From: Octopus vulgaris
Lineage: Eukaryota
Length of the DNA stretch: 64,000 nucleotides
NCBI GenBank assembly: GCA_951406725.2
Contig: OX597814.1
Span: 207,204,001 to 207,268,000 of the forward strand
Reading direction: 5' to 3'
Shown: positions 47,650 through 61,023 of the stretch, one piece after another
How the letters are laid out: each line of letters opens with the position of its first letter
Numbering within the stretch: the first letter of the stretch is position 1
Position numbers and translations under genes: made by a program
Notes under the pieces: generated by a model
Told to the model about the DNA's origin: nothing
Database searches by the model: none
Seen by the model: the letters and a program-made list of their open reading frames with translations, nothing else

Positions 47650-48078
47650 GTGGCACGTAAAAGCACCATCCGTTCGTGTCCGTTGCCAGCTTCGCCTGGC
47701 CCCCGTGCCGGTGACACGTAAAAGCACCATCCGTTTCATGGCCGTTTGCCAGCTCTGTCTGGCCCCCGTGTTGGCACGTAAATGAACCATCCGTTCGTGT
47801 CCGTTGCCAGCCTCGCCTGGCCCCGTGCCGGTGACACGTAAAAGCACCATCCATTCGTGGCCGTTTGCCAGCTCTGTCTGGCACCTGTGCGGGTGGCACG
47901 TAAAAAGCACCCACTACACTCACGGAGTGGTTGGCGTTAGGAAGGGCATCCAGCCATAGAAACACTGCCAGATCAGACTGAGCCTGATGCAGCCTTCCAG
48001 CTTCACAGACCCCAGTTGAACCGTCCAACCCATGCTAGCATGGAAAACGGACGCTAAATGATGATGATGATGATGATG
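47650..48078 (+). mobile_element. SINE/retroposon family C
   Basis: Four ~60-bp internal units (CACGTAAAAGCACCATCC...), core and (GAT)n tail. Confidence 0.85.
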
Positions 48079-49233
48079 AAAAGACTGCACTTTGTATGGA
48101 GATTTGTATATATAGTTTTAATTCATCTCAGACATTTGGAATTCAATAGTGGGTAGTGAATTAAATATCTGAAGAGTTCAACACTACTGTTTATCATTCC
48201 ACAGTTCTGGTAATGACGATGATAATTTCTAACATTAGTACAAAGCTAGAAATTTGTTGGGTAGGATTAGTCAATGCAATCAATATTTGATTGGTATCAA
48301 GCCAGTGAAATGGCAGAATTGTTAGCATTCCGGGCAAAATGTTTAGCAGGATTTTGTCCATCTTTACATTCTTAGTTCAAATTCCGCCAATGTCATCTTT
48401 GCTTTTTATCCTTCCAGAGTCGATAAAATAAGTACCAGCTGAACTCTGATGTCCGCATAATTGCCTTAAACCCCCTCCTCCCAAAATTGCTGGTCTTGTA
48501 CCAAGATTTGAAACCAATATTTGATTAGTACTTTATTGACCCTGGAAGGATTGAAAGGTCTGGATGGGATTTGAACTCAAAACAATAAGGGCTCTAACTT
48601 CATACTGTAAAACATTTCTAACACTGATAAAAATCCAAGAATATATAATGAGGAAAATTTTAGACAACTTTATATAAATGAGGAAAGTTTTAGGCAACTT
48701 AATTGATTTCATTACATGGTTAGTTACTATTTTAATTAGCCCTTGGAATGATAAATGGTGTGAACACTATGTAAAGAGCTGAGAGTAAAAAAAAAGGCAG
48801 AGCACTTAGTCCAGAAACCTTACAATCTCTGCCCTCCAGCTGATGACAATAAGGTAGTGAATTGGCAGTCAGTAGAGCATTGGTAATATCCCTTGAGGTA
48901 CTTGTTTTAGTCTTCTGTACTCCAAGTTCAAATCATGCCAAGGTCAACTTTGCCTTTTATCTTTTTATGAGGCCAATAAAGTGCCAATCAAATACTGGGA
49001 TCTATTCTCCAAATCTGCTGTATTGCCCTAGGTGAGGGGCAACAGAATCTCTTTCTCTCAAAATGAATAATAGGTGAGTGAAAAGCTTATGGCCTCATCT
49101 TCTAGAGAAACAAATGATATACTGCAGGAACTATTAAAGGATGGACTGATGTGCAGTTGAGCTTAGAACAGAAATGAAGAAGACTGATAAGGATAATATT
49201 AGTAATAATAGACTTATACAGGATTTGGCTTAA

Positions 49234-49453
49234 CCCTTTAGTGTTCAGATTATTCTGTTAAATGTAATATTTTTTCACTCAAATTGTTTTGAATTAATCA
49301 TGCATTATCTTATAGCTTTGATGTTTCAGTGATGTGATTGTTTATTTTAAGAATGTCAATGTAGGTTAGATGGGAAAGGCTGGATCTGGCCAGTTTGAAT
49401 ATACAACATGTGGAATATCTGGGCCAGATATGGCCAGTTTAAACACTAAAGGG
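49234..49453. mobile_element. piggyBac-type MITE
   Basis: TTAA|CCCTTTAGTGTT ... AACACTAAAGGG|TCAA. Confidence 0.7.
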
Positions 49454-49877
49454 TCAAGTCATGCCTAACATAATGTATTAATAATTTCTAACTTAGGACT
49501 AAGGTTATAAATACATAGTCAACTGAATTGATCCTAGCACACCACTGGTACTAATTTAATATTATCAAGCCGAGCAGAATTTAAACTGAGAACATTGAGC
49601 AGTCATTTCTAACATTTGGGCAAATTCAGAAATGTATCCAAGAGTATTTAGTCATCTTAATTGAGATCAGTACATGGTTAGTATCTGTTTTAATTAACCT
49701 TGTGATGATTCTTAGTCAACCCCCAACTGGATTTGTACTCAATGTAAAGATATATAAGTAAATAGCATATTTAGTCTGATTCCTTAGCATTTATAGCACC
49801 CTGTTGATGACCTAAGACAATGAACTGACAGTCACCGGGGCATTGGTTTGCATTCACCAAGATGTTAAGACATTAAG

Positions 49878-50093
49878 GCGGCGAGCTGGCAGAAACGTTA
49901 GCATGCCGGGCAAAATGCTTAGCAGAATCTCGTCTGCTGTTACGTTCTGAGTTCAAATTCCGCCAAGGTCGACTTTGCCTTTCATCCTTTCGGGGTCGAT
50001 AAATTAAGTACCATTTTTCGCACTGGAGTTGATGTAATCAACTTAATCCCTTTGTCTGTCCTTGTTTAGCCCCTTGAAGGCAATAAAGAAATA
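49878..50093 (+). mobile_element. SINE family B monomer
   Basis: Head-to-tail match. AGATGTTAA is repeated in both flanks. Confidence 0.85.
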
Positions 50094-51650
50094 AGATGTT
50101 AAAGCATTGGACAAGATACATTATGATTATGTGTTCAGAGCTTTGCCTCCTAAGCTCAAATTGTGTCTAGGTGCCAGTAGCATTAGATTGCTCTGTACAA
50201 TTAGCCAGCATCAACATGTAGGTCTATAAGCAAAATGGCTGAGCCGGCAATAGCATATTGAAGTTTTCATTCTCCACTGAACCTAACTACATTTAGCATG
50301 TCGCTCTGAGTCAAAAGTTCAAATCTCACCATAGCTGAATTTACCTTCATCATATTTCCCATGGTCGATTAATCAAATGCAAGTTGCATACTGAAATAGC
50401 CATGAACTATTCCAATTTATTCCTATTTTTGTATCAGAAAATTTATCCTTAAAATGTAAATGTTTGGTGTGGAGAAAGAGATTGGTCGATAAAGAATGGT
50501 AACTTGCGTAAAATAATATTTCCAGATTGTCCACTTGTATTACATTCCTGTCAATAATGTCTAAGACCTTCATTTAGCTGGATTAATCTTTTTCTTTTGC
50601 ATCAATTCATATGAAGCCAATGCTATTGAAAGGTATCAGACTTTTTTATCTAACCAAATAGACGCATATTTATTTTGGGCGGAATTGTTAGTCTGACAAT
50701 ATTCCTTGAGTTATTTAATGGCAAGTATTTTTTTACAATATGAGACTGACTTTTACCATTGGGTTTGACTATGCCTTTTGTCCTGGAGTCCATAAAATGA
50801 CCTGTCAAATACTGAGGTTGATAGTTGACTGTCCTGTTCCACACAACATTTGTTGACTTGTACCTATGTTAGAAATTATTATTAGCACTATTGTCACTGA
50901 ATACTTGGTTTTGGGACTTACTTCTGCTACATTTTGACAATAACATTGATTTAATTTTTATCAAGGCCTTGAAGGAGAGAAAAATTACTCATTTTATACT
51001 GTGTCCCAAAATTCTTTGAGATAGATTTTTGTATGGGTGGAGGCTCCTGTCATCAACCCTCCTCTGTTTCCATGTAGGGCAGTATTTCCCCATATCCAGA
51101 CATGGTTTTCACAGGAGATTGGAAATAAACGACATTACTTGTATACATACTTTATAACTATCATACAATATCAAGGGAACACACACACACACTCACATGT
51201 ATAATGCCATTCTTTCAACTTCTTTGTAACAAATCCACTCACAAGGCTGTAGCCAGTCCAGGGCTATAGCAGAAGACCCTCAGATACCTGTTGACAATGC
51301 AGGTTCTCTGCATTGCAATGGGTTTAGATGAGTTTATATGGGTTGAATGGAGTTTGAGGCAGATTTTCTACAGCGGGATGTCAACAACCCTTGCCTGTTT
51401 CCAAGCAAGGTAATATTACCCCATGGCCAGATGTGTTTTTACAGCATATTGGAAATAGATGGCACTGCTTGTATGACAGTGACACTCATTTACAACTATC
51501 ATATGATGTCAAGACGAAGTCATACAAATATTCTCATACTTATCCATCAATACCCTATGCACACACACACACAAGCTCTCAGTTTCTGTCTACCACCATA
51601 TCCACTCACAATGCTTTTGTCTGTTCACAGTTATAGTAAAAGACACTTAA

Positions 51651-51871
51651 CCCTTGCGTTACCAACCCAGCTGAAACCGGCTCTGGCTCTGTAGTACAAA
51701 TGTCTTGTTTTCATAAGTTTTGAATTAAAATCTTCCACCAAAGCTTAGTCACAATTTATGTCCCTAACACTAGCTGAATGATAACTAAGTTATTTTACTA
51801 AATTCTTTGTTATATTTAAAGTAACTGAAAGAAACACAGAACATCTTAAAATAAATACAGTAATGAAAGGG
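51651..51871. mobile_element. piggyBac-type MITE inserted in a minus-strand family A-headed SINE
   Basis: TTAA|CCCTTGCGTTAC ... GTAATGAAAGGG|TTAA. The host reads AAGACACTT..CCAAGGTGCCA across it. Confidence 0.8.
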
Positions 51872-51949
51872 TTAACCAAGGTGCCATGCAATGGAACTAA
51901 ACCAAAAACCATGTGATTGAGAAGCAAACTTCTCAACTGCTCAGTCATG

Positions 51950-51984
<35 letters not shown>

Positions 51985-52327
51985 GCATGCACATATCTAG
52001 ATAATGCAAATGGCAGTGTGAATGTATGCTGGCTATGATAAAGCAGATGTTAGTTGATATCATCAAGCTAATTAACCCAATTAACATGGTATTTCCAACT
52101 TCCAAAAGAGAAGATCACATGCTCTTAACAGTGAAGCGTTTTAGTCATAGACTCAACATAGCTTTAGTGACGAGGATAGTGGTTGTCTTGTATCTTATCA
52201 ACCTAGGCTATCTATACTCAGTCATACTTATATAATAAGGTCCAACATAAACATTGGCCTGCAAGTATTTTGAAGAAAATGTATAACTGTTTCTCACATT
52301 GTTTGTAGGTTTACATAATGTTGAGGA

Positions 52328-52699
52328 GGCGCAATGGCCCAGTGGTTAGGGCAGCGGACTCGCGGTTTCGATTCCCAGACCGGGCGTTGTGAGTGTTTAT
52401 TGAGCGCAAACACCTAAAAGCTCCACGAGGCTCCGGCAGGGATGGTGGTGATCCCTGCTGTACTCTTTCACCCCAACTTTCTCTCACTCTTACTTCCTGT
52501 TTCTGTTGTACCTGTATTTTTCAAGGGGCTGGCCTTGTCACTCTCTGTGTCACGCTGAATATCCCCGAGAACTACGTTAAGGGTACACGTGTCTGTGGAG
52601 TGCTCAGCCACTTGCACGTTAATTTCACGAGCAGGCTGTTCCGTTGATTCGGATCAACCGGAACCCTTGTCGTCGTAACAGACGGAGTGCTTCCATCCC
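52328..52699 (+). mobile_element. tRNA-derived SINE family D, young
   Basis: A box TGGCCCAGTGG, B box GTTTCGATTCC, perfect 15-bp TSD ACATAATGTTGAGGA (52313-52327, 52700-52714). Confidence 0.9.
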
Positions 52700-53202
52700 A
52701 CATAATGTTGAGGAAGGTACAGTTGATTTAATCAGTCACCATTTCCAGACTGGTGTATATTTTATGGAACACAAAACAATGAAATGCAAAGTCTAGACTG
52801 TAGGGATTTTGGTATCAAGAAATAATGATATCTAGTTTTTGCATAAGGCTATGAAAGTAGATATTGATTTCAATATCAGTTACTTGAATGACTTCTTTTT
52901 TTCTTTTTTTGGCAAGCCAACAAAAGAACCTATATGCAGTCATTTAACATGCTAGAAATAACAACCGATTTCCCTCAAATTGCACTCTGCTGTTTTCCAG
53001 TTGGTAGAAACCATTGGATAATGAACTCAAAGCTAGCAATTCTTTCATTATAGACCTGCTTAATCAGGGCTGGCTTGGTGTTAAACAGCTGGAAACAACT
53101 TGCACTATATATCATCATCATTTTAATGTTTACTTGTCCATGCTTGCATCAAACAGTTTGCGGTAAATTTTCTGTGGGCGAATGACCTTCAAATTGCCAA
53201 TC

Positions 53203-53237
<35 letters not shown>

Positions 53238-53944
53238 AAATTAAGGGCTACTTGCTCTCAGAATCGTTGGTTAGGGCATGAGAAAGGATACCTTGTAATA
53301 TTTCTTCCAGTTATTTGTTCTGCCTAAATCAGAAATAATTATTTTGTACAAGTTACTTGATATTCCACATTTCACCTAACTCTCCCAAGATGCTTTTGGC
53401 AACTTTTCTACCCGATGTTTTTAGTTATGCTTCCTCACTTTTGGTGCATATAAAAAAAAATAAAAGACTTTTTGGCAACCCAAATTATTAATGTAGGAAG
53501 TAAAAATAGCAAGTAATTTATTTTCTTGCCTGCCTGGTATGACTGACAAGCATAAAGCTGATTCTTCAGCAAAGGCGCATACTGATATCATAACTGGGTG
53601 TGAACTTAAATTTGTGACGTTTTAAAACTAGAGTCCTTCCCGTCTAACAAAACAGTTTGACATTTGGTATTATTATCATGATAATGATTTTTTTTTAAGT
53701 AAGTACAAAACAATTTAAGATAGGGAGGGGCTCGGTTGATTTAATCGGGCCCAATCCCGGAATGATGAAAGATAAACGACTGGAATTGATACCGGACGTA
53801 ACCGAATACAGAAAGGCATTTTGTCTGATGTTCGTTCGAATAGTTTGTAACGTTATGAAAGGCCCACAGATCTCGAGAAGAGGATATTAGTCGATTAAAT
53901 CAACCCTAGTCTTTGGTTGATATTTTATTTTATCGATCATTGAA

Positions 53945-54347
53945 GAGTGGCTGTGTGGTAAGTAGCTTGTTTACCAACCACATGGTTCCGGGTTCAGTCC
54001 CACTGCGTGGCACCTTGGGCAAGTGTCTTCTACTATAGCCTCGGGCCGACCAAAGCCTTGTGAGTGGATTTGGTAGACGGAAACTGAAAGAAGCCCGTCG
54101 TATATATGTACATATATATATGCGTGCGTGTGTTTGTGTGTCTGTGTTTGTCCCCCTAGCATTGCTTGACAACCGATGCTGTTGTGTTTATGTCCCCGTT
54201 ACTTAGCGGTTCGGCAAAAGAGACCAATAGAATAAGTACTGGGCTTACAAAAGAATAAGTCCCGGGGTCGATTTGCTCGATTAAAAGGCGGTGCTCCAGC
54301 ATGGCCGCAGTCAAATGACTGAAACAAGTAAAAGAGTAAAGAGTAAA
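53945..54347 (+). mobile_element. SINE family A (CpG-intact copy)
   Basis: Near-consensus family A sequence. Confidence 0.88.
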
Positions 54348-54671
54348 GTCTTTCTGGTGAAACCCGAAGGGGTCTTAACTTAATATCGCAAGACAATTTG
54401 TCTGCCGTTCTGCCAGTCAGCTGCATTGATGACGAAGTCCTGAATTGATTGACATAAAATTACAAATCTTTGAGAGACAAGAAAATGAAATGAAGGTGTT
54501 ATAATGTCCATGCTTTATCAGAGACATTTGCCGTTTAATTCAAACGTAATGACCACAGCACTAAATATTGGTTTCCGAAAAGAAAAAAGCACAAAATCTT
54601 AATACGTTCTTTTTAGATGGACATCAGTTAAGACAGCTGACTTCTTTCACTTGCAAATGTCTTTGTAATAC

Positions 54672-54848
54672 GGTATTTCGTTACATTGTGAGTTCACATT
54701 CCACCGAGGTCGACTTTGCCTTTCATCCTTTCGGGGTCCATTAAATAAGTACCAGTTACGCACTGGGGTCGATATAATCGACTTAATACCTATGTCTGTC
54801 CTTGTTTGTACCCTTTATGTTTAGCCCCTTGTGGGTAATAAAGAAATA
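54672..54848 (+). mobile_element. SINE family B, 5'-truncated
   Basis: Core plus tail. GGTATTT is present at both ends. Confidence 0.82.
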
Positions 54849-57800
54849 GGTATTTTTAAAATGGTAGGATACAACAATAAAATATTTGCTATAGAATCAA
54901 CTGATATAGCATTAGATAATTTAACAAACAAGTCTTCAGTGTCACACCAGTGCTAATACGTTTTTTAGCCACCCATTCAAAATTTATTGAATAAACCTAT
55001 TAACACACCTATTTCTAGAGATATCCAATAAGTCTGGTTTAAGATGGGGGTGTCTGTTTGGGGAGGATTTGACTACTGCTTCTAGTTGATCGAACGATCT
55101 TTGTTAGCTCGAAAACCCTTTAATATTGGCGATGTAGGGATGGTGTTTTATCTCCTATCATCGTTTTATTGATGTATGGGGAAATGGCGTTACTGAGTGT
55201 CGAAATCGAAACCTAATCGCTGAATCATCATGGTAATGGATTTACATGATAAATGCATGGATGCTTCCACGTGGTTGTCACTCGATCTTTAGAAATAGCA
55301 GCCAAATCTCGCTTAGATTACACCCAGCGGTCTTTTTCTAAGTGTGGGTGAGGGTCATTGGATAATTTAATCCTTGACAGAAAAGAACAAGATGGTCATG
55401 GTTAGAGCGTCTTTGATCACAATCTGCTTGATCAGTGCAAGCATGGAACTGAACATCAGCAGCATCAAATTTATTTTCTCCCAAAAGGTGATGGGGGAAA
55501 AAACACGAAAAGAACCTTTTCACTGTCCTCTGTTCTTTCAAAGTAACTCCTACCTCCACCACGACTGCTGCTATTCATATCGTCTCTAATGTCATCCTCA
55601 TGTTGTAAAGTCAACATCATATTGTGACTCTCTTTCTCTCTCTCTCTATCTATCTCTCTATATATATACACACACACACACACACATATATACACACACA
55701 CATACATACACACACACACTAAAATGGTACATTGTTTGACCTACATTTTCAGTCTGTTCCAAATACTCATGTTGTTAGAACTGAAATTAGAACATCCCGA
55801 GATAAATTCAAGATATTACAGAAAAGTATTAAATTTCTAGAATAAAAAAAATATATATATATAACTTAATGCTAAATGCTTTCTTTCACAAATTTTTGGG
55901 ATGGGAGGGCCCACCTGCTAGTGGCTCTGAACTCAGAACGTAATGGGTACATTAACTAAATACCATAAGGTACTTTGCACCATGTTGTAAATATTCTGCT
56001 AATTCACTTCTGCAGGACTGAGTAATATCAAAAATATATTGAAGTGGGATATTAAAATAGTGTGCATTTTATTTGTTCTGTATTACTCGACCATAATATA
56101 ACTGCCTTCATTTCAATATACAATCAAGTACAATAACAAAAGATGAGGGTATGTTGTTTTTTTTCGCTACGACATGATTCTTTCACTAATAGAAAGTGAA
56201 AAGTTCAAACTAAAAAGAAAACGGGGGTTGAAACTGCACAACTGCGGAGAAAAATTCATTGAAAGAATAATTACAATTACTTATACAATGTGGTATTTCT
56301 TTTTTGTGTATGTTTAAAGATAAGGTATGATTTGAGGGAGACTAGGCTGCTATTTCTAGCAAGTTGTGCAAGCACGTAGTAGCTTCCTCGTATGCTCCTT
56401 TAGAATCTGTTTGGCTTTTTGTTTGGGTTGATTAAAAGCTTTTCAACCGTTTTAATTTTTGTTTATTTATATGACTATAGCCAAAATGACCTTACGACGG
56501 TATGATTTGAAGGGGATTTAAATATTTTTTTCTAGCAGGCTGAGTGACCACACACACAGCAGTTATTTCACGTTGCTTTTAATCTTATCACTTTACAAAG
56601 GTTTAATTTATACTTGGAAGCAGTCTACAAAATAAATACAAAAGAAAAGATGGTCTTAAAGGGGTGAATTAAATTTAATTATCAAGAAACACGACACTAC
56701 TAATTCAGATATTCTGTGTGGTACTTGACAATAAACTAATTAGCTGACATTGTTTTGTCAAAGAAGGTACACCGATAAAATAAAATAAATTGATGAGCTT
56801 ACTTATCTTAGAATTATCATTATTAAGCCTTTTTTTTTTTAATGTCATATATTATCTATATTAGAAATTATCTTTTCGGGGTCGATAAAACAATGTACCT
56901 GTTAACACTAAGTCGATTTGATGGGCTGTTTTCTTCCTTGAAATTAGCGATGGGGTACCTGTGTTAGAAATCACTCTTAAATACATTTTAATTTTTCTCG
57001 TTTTAATGTTTGTCATATGCGTCTGTGATATTTACGAAACTATATTTCTGAAAGTCAGTGCGCCCGTGCTTCCTGGGGAGAGCAAGCGAGCGAGCGAATG
57101 AGTTGTTTTTTTTTTTCCCCGAATTAGGTCAAGAATGCCGCAATGGTATCTCTCTCTCTCTCTGAGTGTGCGGGTGAAATATTCTATGTATGTATGTAGT
57201 AGATATAAATATAGGAACACAAATACAAAGCGGCATCCAGTTTGGCTGCTGATGAAAAAAGTGTCGGAGTATAAAATCGCATAAAGCCAGGAAATTCATT
57301 TTTTAAAAATTCTATTTTATTAAAGTTGTGTGAACGTCACAGATGGCCGAATTTCTTTACCATAAAATAAACTCTGGCTTTCAGGGTGTACATGTGTGTG
57401 TGTGTGTATTGATTTATTAAGGAGCTAAGTATGTATATTAAAGAGTATAAATTAGATATATTTTAGAGGTGGTGGGGAGCTGTAGGATAAGAAGGCACAG
57501 GAACAATGTTTTATTTAGCAGTATAAAATCAATCGACTAATTATTTTACTGATACTTTATCGATCCCGGCTGCATTTGAAAACTGAATTGACAGGAAATA
57601 ATTGAGAGAACGTTCTCTTTTCTCTGCCATTTTTAGCGATCTTTAAGTGGGGTAGAAGCTGGGTATAGAAGCCATGTACATATTAAACTAACTGAACCTG
57701 TTATGACACCCGCATTTCTTTCTTTCGTTCTTTCTATTTTTTTTTTTTTTTTGTATGTTCAACAAGTCCTCATTTAATAACCAATGCAAGCACGTATACT

Positions 57801-57961
57801 CAGGATAATAATATACAATCGCAGAAAGGCGAGTGAGTGTCGGGCGAGATGGCACTCACAGGCACTGCAAAAAAACAAAAACACACACACACACACACAG
57901 GCGAAATATGTTTTTATTACGACTCATAAGAAAATTCTGTAATTACAAACTTGTATATATT

Positions 57962-58187
57962 CTCTCTTTTACTCTTTTACTTGTTTCAGTCATTTGACTG
58001 CGGCCATGCTGGAGCACCACCTTTAATCGAGCAACTCGACCCCGGGACTTATTCTTTTGTAAGCCCAGTACTTATTCTATCGGTCTCTTTTGCCGAACCG
58101 CTAAGTAACGGGGACATAAGCACACCAGCATCGGTTGTCAAGCAATGCTAGGGGGACAAATACACACACAAACACACACACGCATAC

Positions 58188-58218
<31 letters not shown>

Positions 58219-58383
58219 TACGACGGGCTTCTTTCAGTTTCCGTCTACCAAATCCACTCACAAGGCATTGGTCGGCCCGAGGCTATAGTAGAAGACACTT
58301 GCCCAAGATGCCACACTGTGGACTGAAACCGGAACCATGTGGTTGGTAAACAAGCTACTTACCACACAGCCACTCCTGCGCCT
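57962..58383 (-). mobile_element. SINE family A (full length)
   Basis: Reverse-complement match to 53945-54347. Confidence 0.88.
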
Positions 58384-60992
58384 ATTCTGAATATTGAAAG
58401 AGTTTTTCCTATCTAATATTCTTCCAAAATTGTTTAAATCTATTCTCGTATTGGTAATTTGTGTTCGGCTCAGACACCCCTCCTTGTTAGTCAATAACAA
58501 TTTGAATAGATTTTTGTATGAGAAGGTCAGTTAAGTTTCACTGCTAATTAAGCTACCAGACTTCTTTTTATTATTTTCCTTTCATATTTTTTATGAGACT
58601 CTTTGTTCTAGAAATCATTTCTGACTTCAATTTCTTCAGAGATATCCCCCAAAACTTACTAAGCATCAACCCATTTTGTGCTCAATGAGTATTTGTCAGA
58701 TGGATGGATCCTGAGGCAGATCCATTTTGATTGTCCTGATATATATTCATGTCCACAAGGCCTTGTTGACATAAGGATGATTAACATTGTTGTAGTCAGG
58801 AATTCTAGTTTTTTCTTCTTCTCGCCCTTTTCAAGCCTAGCTAGGCTCATGGGCCCGGTTTCTGTGGCGTATGTGTTCCCCCCAGCTGGATGGAACGCCA
58901 GTCCATCGCTGCATTACTCACATGTATTACTGGTGTTTTGTTGTCTTTCTGAATAGAAAAATTTTGTTTATTTACTTTAAGTTTACTTAACTATTGTTGG
59001 CAATCGGCACCAAGACTTAATGGAAGAGTTATCTTCCAGAAACTAACTAGGTAACAAGTTAGCTAATTCATTAGAGGGTTAAATGACTTGCTGTATTCGT
59101 TCTGGTTCTTTGCTTTGTAAGTTCAAATCCTGTCAATGTCAGTTTAGCCTTTCAATGTCAAGGGCTATAAAATAAAGGATCTAGTCCCAGGCTGTAAATT
59201 GGTCAGATTATTAACATATGGTATCTGTTCTGGCCCTTTGCATTTTGGGGTTTTGAATAACAAACTTAATTCATCACCCAGTTAAGCAGCAACATTTGGT
59301 CTTTGCTCTGCCTTCAACAAAGTTCACTCTTGTAAGCATTTGAGATAGGTCTCAGATTTAAGGATACCTTCCTTCTTCCCATTATAAATCAGAGGCCCTG
59401 AAGAACAAAAATCAGGTCATTGATGATACCCTTTTCTTTCTAAGTGATAAAAGAAAAAAAATCCTAAGCATCATCTTATTGACTGTATTAATATAGTTGA
59501 GTAACCTCAGTCAACGCAATAAGTTATACGGCACAAAAGACACATCCCAATCAATTACAAACAGCCTATAAACCTGGTACACTTGATATGCCATACTTTA
59601 GTTTGTACTACTATCATGCTGTTGATTATTCTTACATAGACTACTTAACAGCTTGTGGATCACAGTACAGCTGTAAGAGATTACATCTGTGTTGCAATCT
59701 AGACTGTCATAATGCTTCAAGGCTGTTGATGTGACTGCAGAATTTTTTTTTTAATCTATGGTTTAGGCATGAAAGGGATGATACTTTTTTTTTTCTTTAT
59801 GTCTCAGTGCTCCTCTCTCTCTTCAGTTGAAGGATACTGTATGTATCAGAAGTGGTGCCATTGCATACAGGATTAAAAATCAAAGCCATATAATTGGAGT
59901 ACATATAACATGTACATAGCTTCTTTCAAATTCTCAGTCCCATTGTGTGACACCTTGGGCAATGTGTCCTCCATAGCCCTGGAGTGGACTGGAGTAACAT
60001 GAAATAAAGTGTCTTGCTCAGGGACACAGCGCGTCACCAGGAATTGAACTCACAACCTCCGTAACTGTAGAAAGAGATCACAATTTGTGGGTCTGGTCTG
60101 AATGTTTGCAACAGAGTGAACTCTGTTTAAAGTACCTTAGTACCTGTTTAAAGTACCTTAGTGCCAACTGATTATTGCACACTGGAAATTAACCTGGAAC
60201 CATATGACTTCACTTGCATTTGCTCGGCCTTCACTAGTGTCACTGTCTGCAAGCAGTGTCCATTTCCAATTTTGTATGCAAACATGTCTGGTCATGAGGA
60301 AGTAACTCACCTGGAAACAGGAGGAGGTTGATGACAGGGATAGCATCTAAAAAAAACATACCTTCAACAAATTCTATCCAACCCAAGTGTGCAAGAAAAC
60401 GATGTTTTATTATGATGATTATGTGTGTGTGTCTGGCTGTTGTCCGTGCAACATCGATATTCCTCCCTGTGTTTGTGTAATCTTATATCCCTGCCATAAG
60501 GCTTCATTTCCACACACGCCAGCCTAATTTAATTTGTCCTTAGTCGAAAGACACCTGTTATGTCCTGTTATTATTTTCATTATATTTGTGTAACGTCTGT
60601 TTTTTTTTTCCATCCTTGTTTTTGTATACATTCGCTGCTTTCTTCCAAGGAATCTAATGCTCTTAGCTCAGTTTTTCCTTGGAGCTGGCCAGATTGGAGC
60701 AATCTCGAGTATAATCAGCCAAAATTGCAAAGATAATATGGTACTTGACTGAGGAAAGAAAACTTCAAATGACCCGTCCTTGTTTTCTTTGTATCGTCTA
60801 TCTGGATGTTTTGTCCCATTTTTGTATGACCTAACTGTCCGGATGTTTTGCGTTCTTGTCTCATTTTGTATTATATATATATATATATATCATCATCATC
60901 ATTTAGCGTCTGTTTTCCATGCTAGCATGGGTTGGACGGTTCAACTGGGGTCTGTGAAGCCAGAAGGCTGCATCAGGCCCAGTCTGATCTGG

Positions 60993-61023
<31 letters not shown>

